Below are positions 1-14,076 of a DNA stretch of 64,000 bases, piece after piece. Source of the DNA: Chlorokybus atmophyticus (taxonomy: Eukaryota > Plantae > Mesostigma and Chlorokybus algae). Both the position numbers and the translations under genes were made by a program. Every line of letters starts with the position of its first letter. The first letter of the stretch is position 1. The stretch lies in assembly GCA_009103225.1 (NCBI GenBank), contig RHPI01002533.1, forward strand, positions 647,368 to 711,367, read 5' to 3'. A model generated the notes under the pieces. The model ran no database searches. It was not told the origin of the DNA and saw nothing but the letters and a program-made list of their open reading frames with translations.

Positions 1-1723
1 CTGCAGAAATGCAGCACGACGAAGCGGTGAGTTACTGCAAGGCTGTGTGAATGGTGTGAAGTCTTTGTAGCTGATTGCGCAACACTGAATGTATGCAGCC
101 TTCTACGAGCGGCTTTGAACCGGGTGCACTTCCTATAAGAGGTTATTTCAGTGCCAAGTATGGTCCCAAACGCGTCGCGCCGGACAGCAGCGCACCTGCT
201 ATCAATGTCGCCAGCAGACAGGTAGGTAAAGCCTTTGGTGTGAGGTATATGGCAATGGTGGAGAATCAGCACTCACTCAAGATGTCTGTCGTGTGTACAG
301 GACTTGCTTGAGGCGGAGTCAGCTGCAGCGGAAGTGCATGCTGGCGAGCGTGAACAACTGCTCAGCACATACACAGCACAATTTCCGAAATGGATGTTTC
401 AGTTGCGGTACGCACAGACATACCTTGGGGCATGCCGTCAACGATCATGCCATCACCGACTAGTCTGCAAACGCAGCTGTTGTGCACAGGGCAGGGTTCA
501 GCCTGCTGTTCAATGGATTTGGTTCCAAACGCGCTCTGCTGGAGCGGTTTGCTCTTGAATGTTTGAACGACGCAACCTCTGTTGTCATTGACGGCTACGC
601 GCAGGACCTCACGCTGAAACAGGTACAACACATGTCACATGTTGTGCGGCATCCATCCAACATATCGTACACTGCACTACGCTACACTCAGCAACATATA
701 ACAATATCGGACAGTGTGCCGCGCGAAGCCAGTGTTTATGTGTCAGGTTTTGGCGGCAATCTCGCATGCACATCCAAGTTCTTACAGCAGCCACCATGCA
801 GACGAGCCGCAATGTTCAACTGCTCAACGCCCACCAATGGCTGCCAATAGCATTGTCTATGTTCTCATACACAACATTGACGGCCCAGCTCTGCGCTCCT
901 CCACTGCGCAGCTCGCGCTCTCACGAGTCGCGAGCTTGCCACACATACATCTGATAGCAAGCATCGACCATGTGGACATCCCGACCTGTAAGGACCAACC
1001 TTCAAGTTGGCATGATACTCGTGGGTAGCAGCTCTCTGTCAACTGTGGTTGCTGATGCATGGGTAACTGTGTATGCGCAGTATGGGACAAACAGGTGTTG
1101 TCGCGGTTCAACTGGTGGTGGCACCACATGCCCACGTTTGAACCGTATAAGCTTGAGACTGCGCACATGAAGCCATTGTTAGCAACAGGAAAGCGGGAAG
1201 ACGCACAGGTATGAGTGTTGCGCGTCTTAATTGCGCAACGTGCTTCACTAATCCATGCAATGTGTACAGCTGGAGAGTGCCGCGGTTGTGCTTGCCAGTC
1301 TGACTGCCAACTCAAGAAAAGTGTTCAAGGTGCTGGCAGAGTACCAGCTCGCGCAGACCAGCAATTACGGTCAGTGCTTGTTGCTGCAAGGCTAGTGTTG
1401 GCAAAGAGGGGGAATTTACTCATTTCATCACGCATACGGCTCGCATGCAGGCCTGCCCTTTGAGTCTCTGTTCCGGCTCTGTCGTGCCAAGTGTCTGGTG
1501 ACATCTGATGCTGGACTGCGCTCGCTGATGGGCGAGTGCCGGGACCATCACTTGGTGCGCACACGTCGAGCAGAAGCTGGTAGGTGGTGCCAGTCATGGC
1601 AGTCTGCAGGCAAGGCGGCCTGTAGATGATGGACATTATCGTTATTACGCAGGCACAGAACACTTGTATGTGCCAATGGGCAAAGAGGCGCTCGTACAGC
1701 TCGTGAACGAGATGCAGACGTGA
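1..1723 (+). CDS. ORC2: Origin recognition complex subunit 2 (5'-partial, spliced)
   Basis: Exon peptides YTAQFPKWMFQLR, GFSLLFNGFGSKRALLERFA, YVLIHNIDGPALR..HIHLIASIDHV, RFNWWWHHMPTFEPY and C-terminal EHLYVPMGKEALVQLVNEMQT* (TGA 1721-1723) match the ORC2 motif order; GT-AG introns between them. Confidence 0.92.
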
Positions 1724-2432
1724 GTGGACAGTCCAAGTCTGGTCATTAAGAAGAACGAGATGGCTTCTCTTGGCTTGCCTTGCTGGTGAACGACAACCAA
1801 GATGGACCGGTGTGGGGAGGAGTTGGGGAGCAGGTGTTGACCGCCGTGGAGGCGGAGTGTGTGCAGCTAATGCGGGCCCTCTGCTGAAGTGCGGAGCAGC
1901 ATCAAAGGCTTGTTTTGGCCGCTTTGTCATGCAGTTGGGGTCGGGGCCCCCAAGAGAAGCAAAGCCTCCTGGAACTGGCGTACAATTAGCAGCGCCAAGT
2001 TTCCACAACTTGCGGTTCACTAGGAAAGAGGCAGTTGTCCAGGCTGCGTTGCACTGAATGGTATGCAGTACAAGGTGTGATATACAACAAGCTGGTAACC
2101 ATAACATGCGTGCAGTTAACCCCGCATACACAGAAATGCAAAAGTCAAGCTAGTGACGACCCTCTCATTGCAAGCGCCACAGCCACTGCCAGATGTGCGT
2201 GCATTGGTTGGATAGTGGCCCGAGTTCAGTGAACGATACTGCATTCACCAGAAATCGGTTTACTGACGCGCAAGCATTTACCCCTTCAACTCTGCTCACT
2301 CCCAAGCAAGAAGGAGACATATGCATGCCATGGCGTAAATCAAGGCAGCACATGTAACAGTGAGGCATACAACGCTACAGAACAAAACTGCACTGATGTG
2401 AACCAACTACACATTGTTACTAACAACTATAC

Positions 2433-3606
2433 CTACTCGTTGAAGTGAATACCGCCCAACTTGTACACGACCCACACGGTCCCCAGCATAACGCCGGTGA
2501 TCATCACAAACGACAGGACAAGCAACAGCTCATTGCGCCCAATCAGAGCCCAGAAAGGCTTATTCTCCGCGCTCATAGCCTCGGCCTCGTTCTCAAAGAT
2601 GGACTTCATCGTCTTCTTCGCCATCCCACCACCGCCGATTGCAGTCGACTCGCCAAAGTTTACCGGCAGACGGCCGCTGGCCGCATCGCCGAAGGACTTT
2701 GACGGCATGTCGCCGAAGGGAGACTTTGGCTTTGCTGTGAACGCTGGCCTGGGCTTGGGTGCTGAGGCTGAATCAAACGGAGACTTCGGCTTGGCCTGCT
2801 CGAACGCTGGCTGTTGCGGCTGCTGTTGGGAACCCTCAGACTTGGCAGCAGGAGCAGCATCTGATGTGGATGGCTTCTCGCTGTTTTGTTCTGTAGCTGA
2901 TGCATGCACAAGCACGCTTTGTCGCCTCCTGGTTTGATTTGGCACGCTGCTGCTGCTGCTCTTCAGTGCTGGCCTTGCTGTGCTGAGCGGCTGCACTGTT
3001 GTCCTGTGACGCCTACTGCTGCTGACCTGAATTCCCAAACATTGCAGCGTTTTATGGCCAGCATGACTGACACAAAGCCATGAATTCATGCAAGAAAGCA
3101 TGCAACTTGGCACTGATGGACTAGGTTGGGAAAAGAAGCTGATATCAAACCAATTGCAACAACATGCAGCTGCCAGATCTGAAGCACAGCAGATTGCCTC
3201 ACGTTAGAAGCACCACAGCAGCCTCATAGCAAATCACAGTGATGAACAACCGCAACACGACAACAACGAGGGACGATTTACATCTGCATTAACGGCAGTT
3301 TAATAACATCTGGCCAGTTTTTGCTGGACTTACAAGATTGCAAGGTGCACGTTGACAGCTAGCAACAGTAGCCGTGACTGACTGCATGCTTTCATGCAAG
3401 AATCGCTCAAAGACAATAAGGCTGGCATGTCGGCCAGAAGCCTTGCTTATAACGTCTGCAATGCACCCTTGTTTCAAGCACCTTGCCGCCCAGCTCATGC
3501 CCCACTGGCTTTTGAAACCTGGCGGGTGCGGTTTACCACTGACCTGTTGCGGAAGGGCAAGAGTTGCGAGCGCTGCCGCCGACGTCGGCATGGCCAACGG
3601 CCCCAT
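2433..3606 (-). CDS. Hypothetical plastid-targeted protein with C-terminal membrane anchor
   Basis: Three exons joined in phase (MGPLAMPTSAAALATLALPQQ / SVTATVASCQRAPCNL / VSSSRRHRTT...) give a Ser/Arg/Ala-rich transit-like N-terminus ending near LVHAS. A Pro-rich KPKSPF-repeat region follows, then hydrophobic LLLVLSFVMITGVMLGTVWVVY and GGIHFNE*. Confidence 0.65.
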
Positions 3607-4316
3607 CTCCGCTGTCGCAAACGAACCCACCAGCAAACGAAACGACGCCTGCCGCAATTCCTCCGCAATCGCCACCGACGACACCGACCACGACGACACT
3701 ACCACCGCCGCCGCCGCTGTCTATGCGTTCATTGAACTTGCAGCCTGATCACAATTTCCTGCCAAGTTCAGCGATCAAGCTGAATGCGCTGATACCCGGT
3801 CTAGGTCGCGTGATCCTCCGGTCCAGAGCAGGTGCCTTTATTAGGGGGTGTTTTCGGTCTGCCTCGCGAGGACTTGAAAGGACGGAGCAAGATACGCAGC
3901 ATACCTCATGCAGCGTAACGTAAACACCGGACGAGGAATGTTTTACCAAGACTCCTCATGCAAAAGGCCCAACCAGTAGCGTTTGATACCAACTTGGTAT
4001 TACCAATGGTGTAAGTGAGTTCATTGCAAACGCACTCAAGATACGCTTGTACCGCGTGGGTACCTCCGTGCCGCACTGAGTTTGGTCTAATCTCTCCGCC
4101 TTGTGGTAATGTCGTAGAGGATTGCGGCGGTGGCGGCGGCGGTGGCGGCGGCGCCGGTGATTGTTTGCAGTTGGAGGCGGAAGCTGGTATCATTGTTGTT
4201 GTCACCAGCACTGTGTACAGACGGTGGCTGCGGTTGATCTAGCGAAGTGATTGCGTGAGTGGGGAGAGAGCGAGGGAGGGTGAGTGGTGGACATTGGCAC
4301 AGGCTGGGTGGGCAAC

Positions 4317-6514
4317 ATGGTGGTGGAATGCCCCAGCGATGAGTGCTGGGAGTGGACGGCGAAGTACTTTGCCGACTGCGTGTGCACACCCCGAGACAGG
4401 GTGTCGTTCTTCCTGGGGCTGACGTCCATCATATGCTGGGGGGTCGCCGAGCTGCCGCAGATCGTCGCCAACTACCGCCTCGGCAAGTCGGAGGGCGTCT
4501 CTCTTGCCTTCATTATGACCTGGACCGTAGGGTGCGTCCATTGCTCTGTGTGCGCCTGCATGCTGCTGTGCATGCCTCTTGTGAAACCTGGAGTGGATTG
4601 GGTAGCACAGGAATGCAGTAGTTTGTAGAATTGGACTTCGTCAGTCAAGCCGTCATGCATGTTAGTGTTGTACACTTTGGGTCGCTGATTTCAGCATAGC
4701 TGATTAAAACTGTCAAGTGGGTGCTTGGAGCTACACGTACATTTTTCCAGTGACTGTCTGCTTCATCTACTTGGCTCAGCTGCTCTGCATGTGCTGAAGT
4801 AGGATTTCTTTGATGAGACGCCCTCATGCATTTGTGACGGTTGTTGATAACTGTTGTTGGCATCGTATTTCTGAACAAAGCTACCACACCAGGGATATCT
4901 TCAACCTGATTGGCTGCTACGTCTCTGATACGGTATGCCACCCCTTTCTTTTCACTGCAGGATTGGATGTTGATCTGACCCTTGTTGTACTGACATTGCT
5001 GCTTGTCGCAGCTTCCAACGCAGTTTTACACGGCTGTGGTGAGTGGCGTGCTGCTGTCGTTCAAGTGACTGTTAAGCCTTTCACTTGCATGTTCCTCTGC
5101 CAAAGTTGACTACGTAGTGAAAGTGACTTGGTGATCTGCACAGCTCTACACAACGACAACGATTGTGCTCGTTGTCCAGCATCTTTACTACAACCATATA
5201 AAGGATCATGCAGAAGAGACATGGTCAGCAGAGGTATGCCAAACTTTTTGTGTGCCTGTGCGTGCATGCATTGCTTGATTGCTGGCATGCATGCACTCAT
5301 TGCATGCCAACAAGAACAAAGGCACAGTACTTTGTTGCAGACAAATGGCGTGGAAAGCCCCACGCCGTACCAAGCACTGCCATCAGCGCCAGTTCCCGCT
5401 CAACAAGTGCCTACAAAGCCTCCGTCGGCACCCCGCAACGCCTCGCAGCCGCGACGCACACCAAGCTGGACGCACCATGGCCTTTCACAGTCGCAGTCTT
5501 CTCCTGCGTGAGTGTTCAATGGCATTGTCAACTGCTTGACCTCCACTCCATGATATGCACTCCGCTAAGCTAAGCAACTCACCCGTTACAGGGCCAACTT
5601 CTTGGCACGTCTGTCGGTCTCGACACATTCGCCACGGTTGCGAGCAGTAAGCACTCTTGGTTGTGTTGCATCATTGTGCATATGTGTATGTGAAGTGTCA
5701 GGTGAGTCGAACTTGTTTGACTCGCTGTTTTGGTCCAGGTTGCTTTTGCTGCGCTTCTGATGGGAGGAGCGCTGCTGCAACATCCTGCCGTCAGCAATGC
5801 TGGTTTGCCGGGGAGTGAAAGTTCCTGGCAACTGGTGGACATGTCCAGTCGCGCGGGGCGCAAGCTGTTGCAGGTAACAGTGCATTTGCCGTTGAATAGA
5901 CATCGCGTTGCGCTTGAATGGCGATTGCTAGGTACTGTCAAACAGACATTGCAAGATTGTCGGCGATGCTGTCACGTTTGTGATTGTGTCCAGTTGACAC
6001 GGTCAACGTGTGTTTGTCTCTGATGGTGTGTTCCTGTTGTTAACTTGTTGCATTGTAGGTCCCCATGGCAAGACAGCTGATGAGTATCGCTCATGGCAAT
6101 GATACAGGTGAGAAGTTGGGATGGGTTTGGAATCGGCCACTGTGCCTGTATGATACAAATTATAATCTTTGACATGCTCTTTGAACAGCTCAAAACAGCA
6201 AGCTGGGGTGGTGGATGGGATGGGCGATGACGGGCATTTACCTCACCGGGCGCTTGCCTCAGATTCTACTAAACATCAGCAGAGGTTCCGTGGAAGGCCT
6301 GTCCATCTCTATGTTCTTGTTTGCCATCGGTGGGAATGCCACGTACTTGAGCAGCATACTTGTGCGGAGCTTGGACTATGACCGGCTTAGACCAAACATC
6401 CCCTGGATCATTGACAGCGCGTTCTGCTTAGTCATGGATTTCTTCATCTTCGGGCAGTATGTGTACTACACGCGGAAGAGTAGAACGCTGGAAAAGTACG
6501 GTCCGCTTGCGTAG
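4317..6514 (+). CDS. PQLC2: PQ-loop repeat vacuolar/lysosomal cationic amino acid transporter (PQLC2/YPQ family)
   Basis: Two PQ-loop motifs: WGVAELPQIVANYRLGKSEGVSLAF and YLTGRLPQILLNISRGSVEGLSISMF; DIFNLIGC helix; multiple transmembrane segments. Confidence 0.88.
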
Positions 6515-8027
6515 GTCCCCCCTGGTGATGGTCCCACTGGGGTGGTGCGATTTTGCTGGTAGTGTAGCTGTAGCCCAGTGTAGTGTTAGCAACATTGAAG
6601 CCCTGGTTGGTCACGATACCGGATCCTGCTGTATTGAGTCGTTTGGTTCATGGTAACCACCAGTCCTGTTGTTAGTGTGAAGTGTTGAGTTTTAATGCCG
6701 AGCAGAGATGGGTGCAGTAATCTCTCTCAAAGCTTGAGCACCTTATTGGTAGAGCTGAAGTTTCGGTAAGTACGCCACCTTACTGTCCCTCCCTGCTTCA
6801 CCCCAACCCTTCATGAGTTGTACTCGCTGCCCCTGGCCAGCCCCTTCAGCTGCCTAGTATAGCACTCGATGCGAGTTGTGGTGCTGGTTGTGCCTTGGTT
6901 TTGTGTTGGTAGTGTGCATGCTATCCATACCAGTGTACAGGATATGCGTGAGACAATTGGAGACATGCATGACGTCACAACAGCATAGCATACCAACCAG
7001 CATGCAAACACAGTCACATATACCACCACCGGGCTATATTGACTGCCTGTTTACCTACCACACTACCCTACTCTAGACCTCCCTGTTACGCATGCATACA
7101 TGCGTATTGTTGGTTAATTACCTGTGCAACACACGTGCAGCAGCGTCAACCGCGGTAGTCCAGGTGCAGTGTAACAGCAGCAGGCAGCATGCAGCACACT
7201 CCCGCTTCCTCCCTCTCCCTCCCTCTCTCCCCCTTCTCCCACAGTCTCCCTCCCTCTCTCCCTCTCCGTCTGTCATCCCCCTGCTTCCCTACTTCTTCGT
7301 CCCCCGCTCCGCCTGTTCTCTCTCCTCCGCCTCCCCCTCCTCCTCCTGCTGTCATTGTGCCGTCGCCTCGACTGCAAAACCTTTGTCGCCGCCGATCTGG
7401 CAAGGCCCCTCTGCCCCGCCCCTCTGCCCTGCCTCTCTTTCTGCAGGCTGGCATGCAGTGCTGCACTGTGGCACTAGGGCACTGCACTGTGTAGCGCTGG
7501 CAGTTAGGTGGTGCTGGTGGGGTTGGGTGGTGGGGTTGGACGGCTGTGTTCTTTGCACGGGCAGGCTGCTTGGTAACGCAGCCCCGCGCACGTTGTCTGG
7601 TCCCGCTGATGTGGTGTTTGCGACGGTCGTCTTTGTGCGCCGGTGTTTCTGCAAAGCGAGGTTGAATAATAAGCCATGCTTCAGCAAGAGCGATTTCGCG
7701 CGTAAACTAATCAGATTCACAAACCAGAGGCTCAACTAGTTCTATCAGGCTCATGCTGAAGTTTTGCTTAGCAATAGATACAAGTGCGTTGAGACCCTAA
7801 GTGTCGTTCAATGCAAGGTTTGCTCAGAACCAGTCAGAGTACTTGTCAGTCAGCAAACGCCGGACAAAACATAACAAATATTGCCAACCTAGCTTCTGAG
7901 ATAAAGAACTAGATACGACACCACTATGCACTACCCGCCAGCCACTCAAAAACACTGCCCTGCTATACACTCATTCAATGCAAAACTGTGGGAAACCTAT
8001 GATAACAAGTATGCTCACCCGGAACTA

Positions 8028-9334
8028 TTATGTCAGCAGGTCGTAATCGTCCAACCTGTCGTTATACTTCTCAACCTTGCGCTTAATCTTGGACGTATCA
8101 ACCCATGTCACAAAGTCTTCCATGTTCCTTGTCACCAGAAACGCTGGGTCTGTCACGGTCTCCGGTCCAACCTGCACAAAACAGCAGTTGCTAAGACCAG
8201 CGCATCACACAAGGCTCTCATTTTTCACTGCCATGATATGCTCTGCATGACATGTAGCTACGCAAGCTTGAACAATCGGACCAAGCACAAGACGCCAACC
8301 ATGGTAAACGTTGATCTAGAACACTTTTGCAATGCAGACAAAGCATACCCTTATGTGGCCTTGCTCAATGAATGTTACGGCTTCTCGAAGTGTCTCCGCC
8401 ATTTTCAATCGCACCATCACCACAGCAAGCCGTCTCCTGCAAACCACGAAATGCAGATGATTGTTTTAACACAGCAAAATCAACAACAATGGCAACAGCT
8501 TCTCCAGCACTTGCAAGGGTTGCATGCTTGTATCTGTGTACACAGTCGCTTGCCTGCAAAACGAAGCGGTTGATAGGCGATCGCACTGCACTAAGCTTTT
8601 CTTTGTGGGCAACACTCCCATGTCATTCCTGCACAAAATAGAAGCTGAGGTCCTATACTGAAAAGAGTCAGTTTGCATGGAGCCCAATGGTACCACAATG
8701 CGCTCACAGTTTGTCTAGAAGCTGATCGGTGAGCTCTATGCGCGCAGGATCTCGCGAGTCCAGCCGCTTGATCATGGAAGTAAGTTTCGTCACCAAACCA
8801 CACAGCTTGTTGTACCTATGGAGCAGCGATCAGTAAGCAAGATGCGCGAGGTTGCGCACACAAGAGAGCGGATGATTGAACCAAGACTGCCACACCAAAA
8901 AAATGAGCTGTTGCGCAACATTGTGTGCAGAGAACAACCATAACTCTGAACTTGCATGTCAAGCCAACCTTCAACAGCATGGACACACGTGTGCATTTTA
9001 CACAGAACGCAAATGGTCCCCACCTCTCCGCATGCGATGAGAGGTGCGCATGCAACCAGAGTGAAAGCCGCTGAATACCACAAATACACGCCCGCCAAAT
9101 GTGCAAAGTGTGGTGCTGACAATGCTCAAGGTAGCGAAGATCAACAGACAAAGTCAATCGGCACGGAACGCAACGTGCCGACAAGCGAGCAGCTGCTTAC
9201 TTCTTGTAATCATCTCGGTCCTGCAGGTGGTACCGCCGCATGATCTGCAGCTCCCGCAAGTTGTGCTCTCGCTTCCATTGCAAGAAGTCGACCTTCTTCA
9301 ACAACTTGTGCTCGTGATGCTTCAGCCGCCTCAT
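8028..9334 (-). CDS. IMP3: U3 snoRNP protein IMP3 (S4 domain)
   Basis: [23 protein letters not shown]..., [89 protein letters not shown]. Confidence 0.96.
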
Positions 9335-9600
9335 TGCTGCAACTCACAAAGGTCCTCGCCACCCGACTTGACCTGCAACCCACCACTACTGCTACTCTAA
9401 GCACACCTGCGACTCTGAACAACCACAGCAGCGCTGGGAGAAATCACCTCCCCCAATAGAATCCCACTGCAGTCTCTGTCTCGCAATCTCTCTCTATCTC
9501 TTGCTGCCTGTCGTTCCTCTCCCAGCCCAGCTGCTCCTCTTCAACCCGCCGCCACCGCCGCCGCTCACAGCTCACAATTCACAAACGCTATGCAAGCCCC

Positions 9601-9610
9601 AACCCTAAAA
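9601..9610. promoter_or_regulatory. Telo-box-like motif AACCCTAAAA in IMP3/AP4B divergent promoter
   Basis: Motif lies in the 426-bp interval between the IMP3 and AP4B start codons; function inferred. Confidence 0.4.
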
Positions 9611-9760
9611 CTTGTCTTCGAGGCTGGAAACTTTGACTCTGTGCTGCAGAGTTTGTTGCAAGCTTGCAGCTTGCCAGGTTGGTGGCGGCAGAGGTGGCCG
9701 CCGCCGCTGCCGGCGGGAGGTCGGCGTTGTTGTTGTTTTGGTGACACACACACGCACAAG

Positions 9761-12700
9761 ATGAATATAGACAATAGGAAGGGCGAGCTTGCGGAGATCC
9801 GGGCCCAGCTGCGCAGTCTCGCCGGCAGCCGGTAAGTGTGTTGCTGCTGGAGCCACACAGTTGTTGGGTTCTTGGTCAGAGGGCGTGTCGGAAGCAGCAT
9901 CCCGGTAGCATCAGCTCGTAGCCAAGCCTGGCCTCCATTCGATTGACGCAGTGATAACGTAAATGTAAACTCATCTCAAATCTCACCGTTTGAGGTGGTC
10001 TTGTGTCTTACCAATTGCTGATTCGTCTCGGACTGTGCTCTCAACCTCTCTGAGTTTATGTTTAGTTGAGGTTGATGCGCATAGCAGAGTCGCGTGGCAG
10101 TAATGTGCATGTGACGTAACCTTCTGCGTGTGCATGCAGGTCCAACGAAAGCAATGTCGCCAGGCGTGAAGTTTTCAAGCGTGTTGTTTCCTACATGACG
10201 GTAAGTGGTTGCCTGCCGACACCATGTAGTTATATATAGTTTTCATCAGCGAGCTCTTCCTTTTGGTAAAAAGACTCTACTTGTTGCACACAGACACACA
10301 TATGTGAAGGCTGGTATGCTGCACGCAGTCTTGTAAACACGTTGCCAATTCAGAATGCAAACAGACCTCCTTCAGCAGTGTTTTCAAGTCTTGTGCACAG
10401 GTTGGCATCGATGTCTCAAGCATTTTCTCCGAAATGATCATGTGCACCGGTAACACCAATGATGTCGTGCTGAAGAAGATGTGTTACCTCTACCTGTCAA
10501 CTTACGCTCATCACCAGTCGGACTTGGCTCTGCTCACTGTCAACTTTCTGCAAAAGGTGCGCCTTGCTGCTTGTGCATGACTGTCATGCATTCAGAGAAG
10601 CTGAAGAAGCTAATCTGTAGGATTGTCGTGATGACGATCCGATGATCCGTGGCTTGGCTCTTCGCACGCTGTGCTCGCTGCGTGTGAAGAACCTGGTGGA
10701 GTATCTGGTGGGTCCCCTGGAGCAGGCTCTCAAGGACGCGCACTCGTACGTCCGCAAAACCGCCTGCATGGGAGTGCTCAAGCTGCACTACCTCGCGCCT
10801 AGTGCAGCGGAAGATGCGGGATTCATCGGAGATGTCCGCGGATTGCTTCTGCAGGATCGAGACGGGCAGGTAGTTGCCTTGCTCTGTCAGCCAGTCCTAC
10901 CTGCAAGTAGTGATGTTGGTATCGTACAAAGTGGCACATGCACTGCTCACTCATCAGCACGCTTGGTTGCGTTTCAAGTAGCACTTGGCAGCGTGTTCAT
11001 GGCGGTGGTGTGGCTGCGGGTTGTGCTTATAGTTGTGTCAATCTGCTTGGCGTGCAGGTGGTGGCGACAGCCTTGCAGGTGCTGCGAGAAATTCTATCTT
11101 CCAGCAGGGGTGCGGGCGGTGGAGAAGCAGCCGTGGAGACGTCCGCTGTGTTGGTCAGCCGCCAGCTGGTGTATGCGCTGCTCAACCGCATGAAGGAGTT
11201 CAGGTAGTTGAGCGAGTGTGCTTTGGCTATTAAGCCCTCATATTTGCAAAGATTGCTTGTGATCGCTTACTTGCCAAATGCTTACCTGCCCATCTGTGCA
11301 GCGAATGGTCACAATGCGCTGTTCTGGATCTTGTGGCCTCGTACAGCCCTGAGAACTCTGAGGAGATCTTTGACATCATGAACGTGCTTGAAGACCGCAT
11401 GCAACACGCCAACAGCGCGGTTGTTCTGGCTACTGTGAAAGTGTTTCTGCACCTGACACTGCCCTTGCCAGCCGTGCATCAGCAGGTAGGTTGCCATGTA
11501 GTGCATTCAAGGCTTTGGGTGTTGTGGAATGCATGCAGGAATGACGGGACATTTGCCATGCAGGTTTATGAACGCATCAAAGCCCCTTTGTTAACACTCG
11601 TACGCAGCCCGAGTCCAGAGATCGCATACGCAGTCCTTGTTCATATGCACCTGATGGTCACGCGTGCACCCATTCTGTTCTCCTCCGAGTACAAGAACTT
11701 CTATTGCCGCTATAACGACCCTACATATGTCAAGAAGTTGAAGCTGGAAATGCTCACTGCTGTTGCCGATGGAAGCAACACGTATGATATAGGTGTGCTG
11801 CTTGACGCGATGTTGTGTAGGAGTGTGTTTGTTCCAGCTTGATTGATGGTGCCTTGACAGTGACGGAGTTGAGTGAGTACGTGGCCGATATTGATGAAAC
11901 CATTGCAAGGCTGTCATTGCGGGCTATTGGTCGCATCGCGCTGCAAAGTGATGATGCTCCAGAAGTTGGTGAGCGGCTTCTACAGGTCCGTACAACTGCA
12001 TTGCACGACTTGCAGTTGCACTAGTCTGTGGCATTGTTTAACTCCTCTACTGGCTGCAGTTTTTGGACAGTGGAGCAGATTACATTGTTGCAGAAACGTT
12101 GATTGTTACCAAAGACCTGTTGCGGCGATATCCAAAACGCGCTGCTTCGTGGGTGACGGCGGTAGCTGACGTGCCTGTGGCTGATATACAGGTCAGCCTC
12201 GGCTGTACTTCTATTGTTGTCATTGTGCATTCATGCCATCTGTGAGTCCGGGCACAGTTTTGTCATTGCGTTTGTGTTTGACTTGTTTGTAACACTTCAT
12301 TCACACGTCTTTGCATGCGAGTATCCTTACAATTGCATATTGCAGGAGCCCGATGCTCGTGCAGCTTTGATATGGATATTTGGCGAGTATGGACAAGAGC
12401 TGCCAGATGCACCCTATGTTCTAGAAAACCTAGCCCAAACCTTTCTGGATGAGGAGTCACCCAAGGTGTGCCAGCCGGTTTCACACGATACTGAAACTTG
12501 CTCTGATGTTTGTGGCCACCCTCAATCACATCATGCTGCCTTCGCTGCTTTCTTGTATTAAGTTCGTTTTGGTTTCCAAGCATAGAGAACGCTCTTGCTT
12601 TGTCAGCACAAGTATGCATGGCAACAATGCGTGCAGCATCTGTTTGCAGGTCAGATCGGAGCTGTTAACGGCTGCCGCAAAGCTGTTCTTCCAGCGCCCG

Positions 12701-14076
12701 CCCGAGTGCCAGTACATGCTGGGTACCATGCTTGAGTACGGATGTCAAGACTCGCATCAGGACGTGCACGACCGCGCGCTGTTGTACTACCGCCTACTCC
12801 AGCACAACGTGGATACTGCTGCTCAGGTTAGACTGCGCTGTGCTGGTTCATCTGGACAGATGACATGTCTCTCGCTAACAGCTGTGCAATATATGCAGGT
12901 CATCAATGGGCCCAAGGATGCAGTCTTGCAGTTCCTTGATGATCAGAGCGGCGAGCTGAAGGACCGGCTGTTTGACGAGTTCAACACGCTCGCTGTTGTG
13001 TACAGGCAGCCATCATACGTGTTCCTTGACCAAGAACAGGCACGGAGCACTCAGCACATGTATATGTGTAAGGTGGAAGCTTGCTGAGCTGCAAGCTGCT
13101 GTTGTCGCAGGACCTTGCAGCGGCCAAGGCACGGGTTCAAGAGGAGGAAGAGGCGCAACAAGCGCGGGCCATTGACCTGCCAGAAAACAGCTTGCTTCGC
13201 CCAGAAGAGCGAGAGGATGATGTGAAGGTACACTTTGGGTCAATGCACTTACACGCATGTATGCAATTGCTGTTGTCATGATGAACTCACGACATCTTGC
13301 CACTGTTGCTACCAACAGTCACGATGTTGACGACAGTGCTGTGTGTAGGCAGGTGCGCTCTCACCAAATGCCAATGGCAAAGGAGGAGATTATGCGGCTC
13401 CTCTGGCAGCATTGTTGGACTCATTTCCTCCCGCGCCCTCAGTATCAACTCCTCCCACCGCCAGCACAACCGCTCCTCCATTGAGTGCAGCAGCATCTTC
13501 AAGTCCGCTTGATGATTTGCTAGGCGGGTTCGGGGCTCTGGGCTTGCCCTCTGCAGCGCCCGCACTCGCGGCTGCACCTGCGCCTCCTCAAAAACCGCCT
13601 GCACTCATGTTGTCGCCACGGCCTGTGCTAGATGCGACAACTTTTCAAAAAAAGTGGGGAGCATTGCCTCTGGCTACAACACTGGTACGTGGACAACATC
13701 CATCTGTGGATGTCGTGCGACAGCACGAGCGCATTGCAAATGGTTGTGTCACATTCAAATTGTTGTTTTTGTTGATATGTGCGTGTAGGGTGCGCGTCTG
13801 CCATCCACGCCTGCGCTCTCCGCTGCCACCACGCAAGACATCATCAAGCACATGTCAGCTTCCAGCATTCTCTGCATAGCTTCTGGCGGCCAGGCACCGA
13901 ACTACAAGTTCTACATGTTTGCGCAAAACGCAGACCAATCGTCATTGTTTCTCGTAGAGTTGTTGATGGATCGGTCAACAGCAACTGCCACCGCAAAGAT
14001 CAAAGCAGAAAATGCCAGCACAGTTGGTCCGTTTGGCGAGTTGTTTACTGCAACTCTGGGAAAATTTGGTACATAA
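9761..14076 (+). CDS. AP4B1: AP-4 complex subunit beta (beta-adaptin-like A)
   Basis: KGELAEIRAQLRSLAGSR, GIDVSSIFSEMIMC..LKKMCYLYL, DDDPMIRGLALRTLCSLRVKNLVEYLVGP, adaptin N trunk, Pro/Ser linker and C-terminal ear ending GKFGT*. Confidence 0.95.

Noticed and set aside
3825-3860. U5 snRNA loop-like GCCTTTATT
   Set aside because: Does not match the invariant GCCUUUUAC loop, and no Sm site or stem context was found.
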